Positions 14,752-28,457 of a DNA stretch of 64,000 nt are shown piece by piece. The position numbers and the translations under genes were made by a program. Source of the stretch: Eledone cirrhosa. Its lineage: Eukaryota. The stretch is taken from NCBI GenBank assembly GCA_964016885.1, contig OZ024741.1, forward strand, positions 102,982,001 through 103,046,000, given 5' to 3'. The notes beneath the pieces were generated by a model. That model was not told where the DNA came from. It saw only the letters and a program-made list of their open reading frames with translations, and searched no databases. The stretch's first letter is position 1. Every line of letters starts with the position of its first letter.

Positions 14752-15154
14752 TCTTATGCCAGGGAACGTCTTCACGAACCAAAGTATCGTCTTCCTGTTT
14801 TCCTTCGGTTGCAACGTTTTTCGAAATATTTACATCTGCGTTCACAGATTGATTTTTTTAGTTTCAGAAGATCCCGTTAAGGGTGAAAGCAGCGATTCTT
14901 TGCTTAAACTGTTAAATCTGTTATTTTAAAATAGATATTCGTGTACAGATATTTTTGCATACACAAACACAAAATATAAACAAAAAAGGCCGGCGATTAC
15001 ATAACCACATGCACCACTGACAGATATTTTTGAATACACAAAAACATTTCGAAATATGTACTTCTGCATTCACAGATTGATTTTTTTAGTTTCATAAGAT
15101 CCCGTTAAGGGTGAGGTGAAAGCAGCGATTCTTTGCTTAAACTTTAATCTGTTA

Positions 15155-15185
<31 letters not shown>

Positions 15186-15365
15186 TTATTTATTAAAATA
15201 ACAGATTAAAGTTTAGAAGATCCCGTTAAGGGTGAAAGCAGCGATTCTTTGCTTAAACTTTAATCTGTTATTTTAATAAATATTTGCTCTTCGGTTCTTA
15301 TATATTTGATATATATTTTCCTTATCGAGCCCTCTCTGGATTTTAGTCTTCAATTTTATTATTAT

Positions 15366-15399
<34 letters not shown>

Positions 15400-15849
15400 G
15401 TGTACAGATATTTTTGCATACACAATAATAAAAACAGATATTTTTACATACACAATAGCAAAATATAAACAAACGTATTTATTTCACGAGGCTCGATAAG
15501 GATAAATATATATCATTTTTTGCATACACAATAACAAAATATAAACAAAAGTATTTATTTCGCGATAAAGTATTGATTTTCTTCGCACGGAAAAAAACCC
15601 TGGTAATCTACGACGAATTTTTTTTATAAGCACAAAATGTAGACACCGCCCCGAGGCCGAGGTATTCCGTATTTCTCTGTACTGTTATATATATATATAA
15701 TTATATATTCATGTACAGATATTTTTGCATACACAATAACAAAATATAAACAAACGTATTTATTTCACGAGGCTCGATAAGGATAAATATATATCAAATA
15801 CATAAGAACCCCAGAGCAAATCCCGAGCAATGCCGGGCCATTCTGCTAG
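14407..15849 (+). mobile_element. Non-autonomous Helitron-like unit 1
   Basis: 5' A|TCTATATTACTAAAA. 3' hairpin CCCGAGCAATGCCGGG followed by CTAG. Confidence 0.7.
14860..14910 (+). ncRNA. Hammerhead-like motif with a CAGAAGA core (copies at 38..88, 15088..15143, 15210..15259, 16538..16588, 26822..26871)
   Basis: AGTTT-CAGAAGA-TCCC gttaa GGGT-GAAA-GCA gcgattctt TGC-TT-AAACT. All three stems pair. The core has A at position 4. Confidence 0.6.
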
Positions 15850-16599
15850 GTATTGCCCTGCTAGCTACGCAGCCCTAGCATTGTGTGTCTGGCTATAGCT
15901 TCCATTGGCTATAGTAATCATCATCATCATGTATATATATATGCACATACACTCACACACGCACACGCACGCACACACACACACACACGCACACGCACAC
16001 ACACACACACAGACATACACACACACACACACACACACGCGCACACATATATATATATATATTGAGTGTGAAAACCGAAGCTCATTACTGCTATTTTGTG
16101 GATGTGTATATTTCACAAGATCCTTTTATTGGAGAAGTTATGAAATTCTTAATCTATATTACTAAAACAGAGAATGTATGTCTGTCCGATCACTAAAACT
16201 CGAGAACCACCCAACCGATTGTTTTCAAACTTTACACATGTAATATTTATGGTCCTGTGAGTGTTTTGAGCAAAAGGAATTTCAAACTTTCAATGCCCTA
16301 GGGACCGTATTAGACGATTGAGCCATCTCTCTCTATAATTCTTAGTCTTTCTCTTTAGATAGATACATAGATATAACGTTGCGCCCTTATAATATCTGTC
16401 TGTATGTCTGGCTGTCTGCATTACGACATTATGACTCTGTGTGTCTGTGTGTGTATATATGTATATATAGTGTGTGTATATATATAGTGTTAACGTTTTT
16501 CGAAATATTTACTTCTGCGTTGACAGATTGATTTTTAAGCTTCAGAAGATCCCGTTAAGGGTGAAAGCAGCTATTCTTTGCTTAAACTTTAATCTGTTA

Positions 16600-16687
<88 letters not shown>

Positions 16688-16690
<3 letters not shown>

Positions 16691-17760
16691 GCAAGATGTA
16701 TGGTAGGTCGTATGTGAATCGCGATGATCACGTCTGACCTACCAAATATGCGACGGTAGCTAGTTAAGCTCTATGCGTATAAGCAGAGAAGAAATATTAA
16801 TGAAAAAGAACAAAGGAACGATTATGACATTATAACAAGTTTATTGCCGACAGCCGTTTCGTCCGACCATATGGTGGGACTTTTCAAGGCATATAACATG
16901 TGATTGTAAGTTCATTATTTACATCAACGTATCACTTAAGACTAGCAGTTTGAAATTGTGGTATACATCAGCAGCTCCGCTTGTATATTTGGGGTCTATT
17001 TTCTAAGGGGGCTCTTTTATATTAGTTGTCGGAATTGTAAAAGGGATGGGTTATGGGGAGTTAAGAGAATTTGAAAATGGCCTAAGAGTCAGGGATTGAA
17101 GGTTAAAAATTAGATAATTTATAATTTACGCATTAAAAGTAAAAGACTTGGGATCTCGTAGAAGCACCTTAAAAAATCCCTCAATAAGTGTATAAAGCTT
17201 ACAAGCCCCAATAAACTTAAGAAACTAGAAGAGATTAAGAGACTAATAAAATAAAAAAATAAAGATATAAAGTTTCCCTAAAAAATTGTAAAGTTTCCCA
17301 AGAAGTTCCTTCGAGAGAAAAAAATTTTTTTCGAAAGAAAAAAACCTTCTTCCCCAGAGATCTCGTTAAAAAATTTCAGAAAATTTACGAAGTTTTGATA
17401 ATCCCTACTAAGTTGAAAGAAACTAATCAATTAAAGGTTAATTCAAAAAGCCTTCAATAAACCCCTCAGAAAAGGCCCCTTTAATATTTTTAATAGGAAC
17501 CTCCTCCGAGAGACCCTTCGAAGAATTAAAATTTTAGAGAGCCTTTAAGGATATATATAAACGAATTGAGGAAAATTATAAATTAAAAGTTAAAAATTAC
17601 GGTATTTGGGATATCCGAGGAATTTTCAAAGGGCTGCTTCAACAGATACAACTTAGGTATAATAGATAAAATAATTTAAGTAATTTAAGTAATTTAATTA
17701 GGGAGCAATTCAAAGAGCTTATCAAGTTGGGCAAGATTAAAGAAAATTATTATATAATTA
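16688..17760 (-). mobile_element. PLE pLTR/3'UTR fragment inserted in (TA)n
   Basis: Carries a hammerhead motif plus AATAAA on the minus strand. 16688..16882 matches the reverse complement of 44833..45028. Confidence 0.7.
16845..16891 (-). ncRNA. Type-I hammerhead ribozyme, U3-A8 variant
   Basis: Minus strand: TGCC-TTGAAAA-GTCC(C)ACCATATGGT(C)GGAC-GAAA-CGGCTG-TC-GGCA-ATAAA. All three stems pair. Confidence 0.8.
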
Positions 17761-19228
17761 TATATTCGTGTACAGATATTTTTGCATACACAATAACAAA
17801 ATATAAACAAACGTATTTATTTCACGAGGCTCGATAAGGATAAATATATATCAAATATATAAGAACCCTAGAGCAAATCCCGAGCAATGCCGGGCCATTC
17901 CGCTAGTATATTCTATAATCCGTATTTTTACTTTATAATATTACGGTCAATTGCATACATAGAAATAGAGAGGAGTTTTTTTTTAAATGTATTTATTTAA
18001 TATTAAAATTAAATGATAGTATTGTAGTTGTGTATGGGCCCCTTTGTCTCTTCCTTGCAACGATATCTTTAGACCCAGTCCGCCAATGCTCTGGAGTTTC
18101 ACCTATATACTCATATATTCATCAGACATGATTCTCATTAACCTGCGAGTACACAAGTGAAACTCGAGAGTCATAAGACTCATCTTTTAGCCATATTTAA
18201 TATAGATATAAGGCGGCGAATTTGCAGAGTCGTTAAGACGTCGGATAGCATGCTTTACGGTATTTGTCCCACACCTTTGCGCGCTCTAAGTTCAAGTCCT
18301 GTCGTGGTCAACTTTGCCTTTCATCCTTTCGAGGTTATAATTATAAAAAAACGTACCAGTCCAGTACTGAGGTCGATTCTTCCTCTATAGAAAAAATCGG
18401 CTGTGTTCAGACCTGGAGAGGGTTGGGCTCCGCCATGTTTAAATGTGCCCTAGACACGCCGTATGACGGTGTCTCTATGACTCCACAATGAGTTGTGGGA
18501 TCTTTATCCTTTAATATAGATATATAATATTTAAAATCTCATGTTGATCTTTAGCACTTGGTGGTTGTTTTGGAATTTCCACGGGATCAAATGATGATAT
18601 TTATTAATGTTACATGAACACGGGGGCCAAAATGAACCCATATTATTAGGAGTTTTTTTTTTCTTTTGGCAGAATCGCTAGAGTGCCGGGAAACGATTTT
18701 GTGGTATTTGCTCCTGCTCTTTACGGTTTGAGTTCAAATTTCTCCGAGGTCAACTGCTTGGCATAATTGATGAAGACGACGAAGATTATGCTGGTGATGA
18801 AAATGATGATGACGATGATCGTGGTGGTGGTGAATGAGGAGGTCGTGAATGAGGAGGAAGAAAAAATGATGATAGTTAGAAAGAGTATGAGGAGGAAGGG
18901 GGGGGTAGATAGTATGGAATCAAGAGAATAAAGAGCACAGGTGCTAAGAAAGTGGTGAATAAGTATCTAAGTGTACATGTGTGAGTGTGGAAATATATAT
19001 ATACGTGTGTATGTATGAGTGTATGTATGTGAGTGCATGAGTGTGTACGTGTGTGCGTGTATGTGTGTATGTGTATGCTATCCTCACTAACCGCTCAAAT
19101 ATTTGACCAGATAAGATTGGGTCTTTAATTTAAAACTAATCAAGCCACAACTGATTTCTTATTTATTTTTAATTTACAATTGTTGAACCACAGTTAACGC
19201 TACATCATGACATTCCACTTGGGTATAC

Positions 19229-19298
<70 letters not shown>

Positions 19299-19313
19299 AC
19301 TCACACACACACG

Positions 19314-19358
<45 letters not shown>

Positions 19359-20041
19359 ACTCACACACACACGTATATATAAATATATATATATAGTAGT
19401 TGACTTAAGGAATTGGGAAAATTTGGAATTTAAAATGAGTACGTCCCAAAGCAAATGACTATTATAAAATTCATCCAAAGACACGATTTTTTCCTAATAT
19501 ATAGGTTCAGTCAAGATAGACCAACAGATATTTCTACGAACCATGTATATATTTAAGCCTCTAACTATTTGCATAGGTGCCGTCTCGTTACACGGCCTGC
19601 CTCGTGTATTTTTCAAGCTGGAAGAGCCCATTCCTCTCCAGGCTGAAACACAGCCGATCTCTTCCAAAGAGAGGGGGAGAGGGAGACAGAGAGAGTGTGT
19701 GTGTGTGTGTGTGTGTGTTTGTAAAAGAGAGAGGCGGAAAGAGAAAGAAAGAAAGATTGGTAAAGAGATAGATGAATCTCTCCCAGTACTAAACTGCGAC
19801 TTTCTTCATAAAATTCTTCATAAAAGTATATATAAGTTAACCGCGGCAGGATTATAACTCAGACTGCAGCCACTCGAACTAATACCGAGGCCTTTTTAAT
19901 CCGATTCCCTAACGTCTCTACCAATTTTCCGCTTAAACCTCTATATTATGCTTAAGTTTGTATGGTGTGTAGCTTATCAGTGAGGCTGTTCGGCATAGTG
20001 GGGAACAAGAAAATACTAAAGCTAATCTATCGCGTTTGAAG

Positions 20042-20075
<34 letters not shown>

Positions 20076-20087
20076 TATATATATATG

Positions 20088-20152
<65 letters not shown>

Positions 20153-20769
20153 CTGTAGATGTGTGTGTGTGTGTGTGTGTGTGTGTGTCAGATTACTCTT
20201 CAGCGCTACTGGTAACATGTAACCGGGTATAACCTGCACATGGTCGGGTCGTCAGCGGCTAAACCGACAACTCGACCAAGCTTGCTTGGTGAGGAGAGTT
20301 ATTTGGACACACTTCGGAATGAAAATCAAAACCCAACAAAGAGCGGAAGAACTCAGGAGAGTCAACGGCAATCCAATAAAGTGTTTTAATTTTTTTTTTT
20401 TAATGTAGCATTAGAGACTCCTAGTCTTCATCAAGACATCTGTCTAGAAGAAGGTTACGCTGATATAAAACCTATGACTTCGTTTGCATCTCATGATGTA
20501 GACCAGTTCTTCTTTTGGGGCAAATGCAAATGCATTTGATGTTCAGAGAGAGAGATTGGCCCCGTGCAAAGCCTTTCCTCACATTAAAAAATTTCAAGCA
20601 TAGGCATTGTCTGATATGTGATATTTTTGCGATGCTTGGTATTGCTGGATATAGGCAAGTCCCTAGCAGGACCAAAAAGCGACGTCCGTGATGCTTACAT
20701 ATCAAGCGGTGGCATTACACGAAATCGAGTTGTAGACATCCTATGTATATATATGTATAAAGTCTGTCT

Positions 20770-20995
20770 TAAGCCAGAAGGCTCATTTGGCCGGTGCTTA
20801 TCCCGGTTTCATGGAGTGAAGCGACTGAGACTACAAGACGCCAGTCCATCGCAGGATTAAACCTCCAGCTATTGCTGGTACTCATTTTCAGTTGAATATA
20901 CTGGAGCAACGTGAAATGAAGTGTTTTTCTCGAGACGCAACCCAGGCATAGACATATGAACCTACGACATTATGATCGTAAGTCAAACACTGTGT
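20770..20995 (-). mobile_element. Second SINE family, V-domain-like
   Basis: Minus strand: ..CAACTGAAAATGAGTACCAGC..CCTGCGATGGACTGGCGTC..GAAACCGGGATAAGCACCGGCC. The family assignment is from memory of V-SINE motifs. Confidence 0.5.
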
Positions 20996-21194
20996 GCCTC
21001 CACATGTATATATATATATATATATATATATAATAAAGAGGGCGTGGTAAGATACCAGGTGGACCATAACGCACCAGAGTACTCGATACATGGTGTAATA
21101 GAGTGGGTAATAGGAACAAATTCAGGACCCCGAACTGTTTGGGTGTAGCTGTCGAAACGGCCGGAGCTCAGCCGTCGGGATGCTAAATCTTTAT

Positions 21195-21225
<31 letters not shown>

Positions 21226-21725
21226 GAGATAGATGTATATATATATATATATATGAATGTGTGTATGTGTGTGCGCGCGTTTCTCAACAAAATCTATGTA
21301 TTTTATGTAAACACGCAATTTACATATGCAGATATATATAGCTTCTATTTACCGTATAAACACAAATTATATATGTAAATTTATTGATTATAATAGATGT
21401 CTCGAATTGTAGAAACCTATAAAATATATCTCACCATGGAACCATAGTTGTACAGAAATATATAAGATATATGTATAGGTGTGTGTACGTATATATATAT
21501 AGAAAAAGGTATGACTCCGACGGTGAGCTTAAGCCGTTTCGACGGCTATTTCTGGACGGTATTTCCGTCCAGAAATAGCCGTCGAAATGGCTTGAGCTCT
21601 GCCGTCGAGGTCATACTTTTTCCTATTACCCACTCTACTACCCTAAGTATTGAGTACTCTGGTGCGTTATGGTGCATCTGGTTCCTTACCACAACTCCTT
21701 CGTTATATATATATATATATATATA

Positions 21726-24700
21726 TATACGATATTAAATAAATGGAAACTATATTTATAAAACCATATTTATTTCATTATACATATTTCAGGGATACCA
21801 AATTAAAATATGGTATGCCTTCATCAGACAAAATACAATATATAAACAGTTTTATAGATAATTTTGACGTACCCTATTAAATGCAACCATTATTTTTGGA
21901 AGCTGTCTGGATAGTGAGATGTTTATAATTATTTTATTAGTTATAGTGTTAAGCACAGTTAGAAAAAGACGGAGAGAAAGAAAAGACGGAGAGAGAGAAG
22001 GAGAGAGAAAAGAAGGAGAGAGAGAAAAAGAAAACCTGGAGAAATATAGGAGAGAGAGAGAAATGTATGTAGAAAAGAAAGATATAAATAGATAGGAGGA
22101 AATAAAAAAGAAAGAAAAAAGGAAGAAATAAGAAAAACAAAAGAAAGCAACAGAGAGATAATAATTCATCATACAGATAGAAAAACCCAAGAGAGAGGAA
22201 ATACTATATAGAGAGAGGGGGATACAGTGACAACTTTACGTCATGTCATATTAAGTTGAGTTAACAATTTATATGAAATGAATAATAAAAATATAAATAT
22301 CAATATTCATGAATGGGACAGATATATAATGAGAAAATAACATTGTTCAATAATGACCATATGTTTAGTTTAAAAACTTGAGGTCAATATACCGAAATCT
22401 GAGTTAAAACCTTCAAAAAATACCCTATTTATAAAAATCAGGATACAAATAAGTATATATATATACACACATATGTACGTCCTGAAAAAAGAAATTATGT
22501 CTACTCAAGTCAATAATATAGACACACAAATGATTTCACTTGATCACTGCTATACATTTCTTGTGTTATAAAAATTTCACAGTATACATACATAAAAATA
22601 CGATTAATATTCATGTCCTCATATATATGATTACCGTTCATGTATTTAATATTATGCATATCTGCAACACACATCAACATATACACACACACATATATAC
22701 ACATACATATGTATAAATAAATATCTGCGTGAGTCCTCCAGCATCGTTCATGTATATATACAGACATATATACAAACACATAAATAGACCCTATAACACT
22801 TTTATATGCATGTTAATACACACATATGGCATTTGTATAGAGATAATCAAATATCAATATATTAATATAGAAATATCAAAGCATTAAATATCTTTAAAAC
22901 ACTATAGAGTATCTCAACTTAAAATAAAATAATATCTTTTATATATTTATTATAGAAATTTATCCTACCCATATCTCAAACAAGATATTGCAAGGGTAGA
23001 CATATGAAAGTTATTAGAAGCTATCAGAGTCAAAACAAATAAAAAAAAAAAAAAAAATAAAAATAATTTAAAAGATTTAGAAGACCCAGTGATTCTACGG
23101 ATACCCTTATATTTAGTATAGAAATTTATCTTACGTATATTTTATTTAATACATTGGGAGCGTATACATTTTAGAGTAGTTTATTATATCCTTGTTTATA
23201 TTTAGGAAGAAAGTTTAAAATGAAAAAGGTGAAGGAATCTAATGATTTATCGACAGGTTTCATATATTAACTAAATTTCTTAATTAATTATACTACATTT
23301 TAAATTTATATTTATATTTAAACGTTGAGTTCAATCTATGTCTGCAGCAACTGAATAAATTGCTCCTTAAATTAAGGGAATTTTTGGACTTTAATATAAA
23401 GAATATTTCTTCTATACAAAAGATCACAATTTTCTGAAGAGGAATTAAAAGGAGTACCTTTTGAGACAATATTCCAAATCATCGAATATTTAATATTATC
23501 TCGTTTAAGGTGCCAGAATAGGCTAGATAGCGAAGTTGAAGATTTTTTGTTTGGATCTGTGAAAGAATTCTTATGATTATTGAAGCGAAGTTAAAATTCT
23601 GTCAAGGTGGAACCAACATAGTTGAAAGAATTTAAATTAGTTTTAACATTACAATTGTACACTACATTTTTAGCTAAGCAGTTGTTATTTAACGGACAGT
23701 TAGATTTATTTCTACAATTACAGTTATTTAATTGAATATTGTTTGGGTTATTATTGGTATTTTGGTTAGGTTTTAAATTCCTATTATTAATTCTGTTAAT
23801 ATTTTGTGCTAAATTTTTGGTGGACGAGTAAGTTTATTTTATAGTGTGTCTATTAAAAATTGAGTAATATTTATGTGTTCTAGGGAAGCGTTTGTCAAGA
23901 GCATTAAAGAATAGTTTAGCAATATGGGTTTTAATATTTAGTGAGAAAGGGGAGGGGGCAAACCATAATATATTTCTAGTTCTATTTCTTTTTCGGCTTT
24001 TGGAATTATTGTAATGTTTCTATTATAGTTGTTAAAGTTGTTACCGTAATTAAAATTGTTATTATTTTTTTAGTTTGCTTATTATTATTATCGATGTATT
24101 TAATTTTATCTCTATATCCTGCTCTAGCTAACGCTTCATTGTAATACTGCGCTTTTTCATCAAAAATATTTTTATTAGATGAAATTCTTGAAATTCGTTC
24201 TTGAACAGAGTTCACTATAGTATTTTTAACAGATCTGGGGTGATTAGAGTTAAAATTGACATAATTCAAGTTCTCATTTAGTTTGTGAAATGGATAATGA
24301 AGACATGTGTTGAGATTTAGTGTTACATCCAGAAAATTGACTATTCTATGGTTATTCTCTATTTCTATTTTTAGATTAAGGTAATTAAAAAATTGTATAA
24401 TTTGTTTTCTTTTTCTATTTAGTTCACAGCTATTATTTTCAATAAGTAAAAGTATGTCATCACGATATAATCCTCCGGTTACACCTGGTATTTTTCTATG
24501 TAGCGAATTAATTATAAATAGGCCCACAAGGTCCGTTACCTGAGCTGAGTCTGATGGTCCCATAGTTATGTCGAAATTATTATCTCTATCTGCCCTAGTC
24601 CAGAGTTGGTTATTAAATTCTATCAATGTTTTCCTTGCCGATAATATAATGTGCATTTCATTGCTAGTTAGGTCAGTATGTTTAAATGCGTAATTTAGTG

Positions 24701-25036
24701 CCTTATTCAGTAGATTAGGAGTGATAGATGAATAGTAGTTAGCAATATCCAGCTGAATAAACTTATTATTATAGTTATATTTAATTTCTTTAAACCACTC
24801 TAACTGTGCTTAACACTATAACTAATAAAATAATTATAAACATCTCACTATCCAGACAGCTTCCAAAAATAATGGTTGCATTTAATAGGGTACGTCAAAA
24901 TTATCTATAAAACTGTTTATATATTGTATTTTGTCTGATGAAGGCATACCATATTTTAATTTGGTATCCCTGAAATATGTATAATGAAATAAATATGGTT
25001 TTATAAATATAGTTTCCATTTATTTAATATCGTATA
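21726..25036 (-). mobile_element. 5'-truncated PLE with an inverted pLTR end
   Basis: Minus-strand RT (FDITMG, GLYRDD, FLDVTLNL; 24006..24656) plus degraded CNC/CPL and GIY-YIG sequence at ~23310..23950. Inverted repeat 21726..21963 / 24799..25036. Confidence 0.9.
24927..24991 (+). ncRNA. Type-I hammerhead ribozyme (inverted copy at 21771..21835, -)
   Basis: TATTTTGT-CTGATGA-AGGCATACCA..TGGTATCCCT-GAAA-TATGTA-TA-ATGAAATA. Stem I pairs with two G:U wobbles. Confidence 0.8.
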
Positions 25037-25119
25037 TCTACTCCAAAAACTTGTCGAGTGCTTTATATCAGTTATAAAATATTTACTTGTTGTATCCCAA
25101 CAATTTTAAATAGAACTTT

Positions 25120-25221
<102 letters not shown>

Positions 25222-25289
25222 TGTGTGTGTAATAAGTAAAGAACATGAAAAACAATACCGGGGACAATACAATACAACAATAGTATATT

Positions 25290-26572
25290 AAATAATAATA
25301 ATAATAATAATAATGAAATCTTGTGTACAGTGCTCAGGTGCACTACAACTCATCAAAAAGTGTATGTATAGTACATAGGGTAATGTACAAACGTCAGGAA
25401 AATGAACAGTGCATGAGTCATTATATACACATGTGTGCATGTGTATGGAAGGGGTACATCAGGTGTAGTTTTGGCGAATTTCGGGAAGCATGAAGGTTTT
25501 AAAGGATGCAGTGTCTCGGCAGCTAACAACTGACGGAGGCAGTTTGTTCCATGCTTCAGCAACTCTGAGCGTGAAAAAATGTTTCCGAAAGTCATGGGAG
25601 CTGTGCTGTTTTCTGATTTTGTAGGCATGTCCACGTGTGTTAGACACATGGAGATCAAAAAGGTACTCAGGGTTGTTGTTGGCGAGATGGTTAATAACTT
25701 TGTGGGTGTTTATCAAATCCATTGCCAGACGTCGGAGCTTCAATGAATCCATGCCCAGGGAAGCAAGGCGTTCAGAGTATGGTAGGTGTCTGATGGAGGG
25801 TATGCGCTTGGTTGCACGTCTCTGAACAGTTTCCAGGAGGTCAATGTTCTGAGCAAGATAGGGGTACAAGACTGATGATGCGAATTCCAAGTGTGGTCGT
25901 ACCATAGCTGTATACAGCTTTAAATAGATGTCTGGAGAGCGGCTAACAAAGGTCTTGCTGAGTGATGCCAAGACACCCTCGGCCTTCTTGACAAACTTAG
26001 AGACATGCTTTGTCCAACGCAAATCGCTGCTGACAGTAATGCCCAGGTCACGTTCACAAGAGGATTTCTTGATATCAGTGTTGTGGAGGGAGTATGTGGA
26101 CACTGGATTTTTCCGCCCAAAATGCATGGTGGTACACTTGTCCACAGCCAGCTTCAGTTGCCATCTGTGATCCATTGCTGCATTGTGTCCAGGTCTGATT
26201 GTAGGAAAAATTGTAGATTTCAGGATCAGTCCTTTTGATTTCAAGGTACAGCTTGATGTCATCTGCATATTTTAGTACCGTGGCATTCTTTAAGTTGGCA
26301 TCTATGTCATTAATATATACCACAAACAAAACGAGACCAAGAACATATCCCTGTGGTACACCAGATGACATCTCATATGGTGAAGAATGGTGCCCTAGAA
26401 CCGTGACTACCTCTTTTCGGCTGAGAATGAAGGATTTCAACCAGTTAAAAAGATCATCCCTCACACCCATTGCAGAGTGTTTTGTCATAAGTCTTTTGTG
26501 TGGCACAGAATTAAAGGCCTTAGCGAAGTCAAGGTAAACAACATCCACCCATGAGCCGCTGTCAGTGATCCG
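25290..26572 (-). mobile_element. 5'-truncated CR1-type LINE (RT C-terminal half plus 3'UTR)
   Basis: VDVVYLDFAKAFNSVPH, SGVPQG, KYADD, ERDLGI, RPHLEF, LETVQRRATK, TRGH, FFTLRVAEAWNKLP. One frameshift and a (TTA)n tail. Confidence 0.92.
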
Positions 26573-26882
26573 TATATACTTTCAGACGTTCAATCATCTG
26601 GCAGGAAGGTATATTAGTCTACAACTTCATTTATACCATAAATATGGTTTTGTCTTTGCGTGTATTTGTTCTCACCGCTCCACATAACGTCGTTTTATCT
26701 TCGCTTTTTTCCATTCATTGCCAGGGAACAGCTTCACGAACCAAAGTATCATCTTCCTGTTTTCCTTCGGTTGCAATATTTTTCGAAATATTTACTTCTG
26801 TGTTCACAGAATGATAATTTTAGTTTCAGAAGATCCCGTTAAGGGTGAAAGCAGCGATTTTTGCTTAAACTTTAATCTGTTA

Positions 26883-26998
<116 letters not shown>

Positions 26999-27366
26999 AA
27001 ATTAAATAAATTAAGGGTTGTCATGTCTGAGAGACATGTGCCATACCCACTGCAGAATAACCTCAAAGATTCCAATGAATAGATCCGACCATTTCATATC
27101 AACTAGAAATAGATTGACATATATATATATATATATATATAAAATAAACATATGGAACAATCACAGGGGATAATTTGTAAAGTATGTAAGCACACATAGC
27201 TAGGTAGGTAACCAATTAAAGTTTAACTAGAATTTCAAATATAAATACCTTTTAAAATGATTAACCTCCTTTATACTTTACAAATTATCCCTTGTGATTG
27301 TTCCATATGTTTATTTTATATATATATATATATGTCAATCTATTTCTAGTTGATATATATATATAT

Positions 27367-27632
27367 ATCCCAAAAGTCAGCTCAAAAGTGTCACAGAGGA
27401 GACTGAGGTTGGCTGGACATGCTCACCGACATCCAGAGTTGCATTGCACTCAGTGCTCCTTTGGGAGCCCCTACATGGACACACTAGAAGAGGAAGACCA
27501 AGGTTAACATATGTTGATGCCCTAAGGACAGACACTGGTCTGTTGGAGATTCAGGATATGGCAGCGATAATGAGGGACAGAGACCTCTGGAGAGAACTCG
27601 TCCATGGATCTCGGGAATTTTACCCGCCTTAG
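27367..27632 (+). mobile_element. RTE-type LINE 3' fragment
   Basis: RRLRLAGHAHRH..VLLWEP..RRGRPRLTYVDAL..DRDLWRELV, then a stop and a (TA)n tail. Confidence 0.75.
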
Positions 27633-27635
27633 ATA

Positions 27636-27717
<82 letters not shown>

Positions 27718-27722
<5 letters not shown>

Positions 27723-28400
27723 GGATTTAAATAGATACAGTTTGGTTAAAAGGAATTTATTGACACGTGTTTCAATAACAGTTACATAACCTGAAAACAG
27801 CTGCTATCTACAAAGTATTAGTTATGCAGACATTCAATATTTCAATGTTATTATCAACTGTCATTTCATCAGAATAATTTTACTGGGGACTTGTTTGGTT
27901 TTTATAGAGAATATTAGGAGGGAGGGGTGAAGTTGTTAGAAGAATAGTTGAGGGAGTGGTTTTTTGATAGCAGTGAGAATTTTTGGTGGCAGTGAGTAAT
28001 TAGATTCCCATCTGTTGTTTTGACATTTTTATAGAATATATTATTGGTTATTTTTCTAAATCTATAGAAGGATTAGAGATAGTATAGATATGCATGGTTG
28101 GTTTTGTGTTTGCACTTAATTAACATTTAGACTTAAATTTTTCTTTCAAGTGTACGTATCTTTTCGCCCACGCATTCACACACAAACATATATGCACACC
28201 TCTACAAAATACATATACTCACATACACATACTTACATGCTCATACTTACATACATATACACATGCACATATATATATATACATATATATACATATATAC
28301 ATGTACATACATACGCATTCATGTGTATACATTTTCATACTCAACTTATCTTTATATACACACGTATAGACACACACATATATACATACATACTCCAGTC

Positions 28401-28457
<57 letters not shown>

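Larger units (their letters stand above)
16153..17906 (+). mobile_element. Non-autonomous Helitron-like unit 2
   Basis: Same 5' TC end and 3' hairpin with CTAG|T. The upstream segment 15850..16152 duplicates 14139..14406. Confidence 0.72.
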
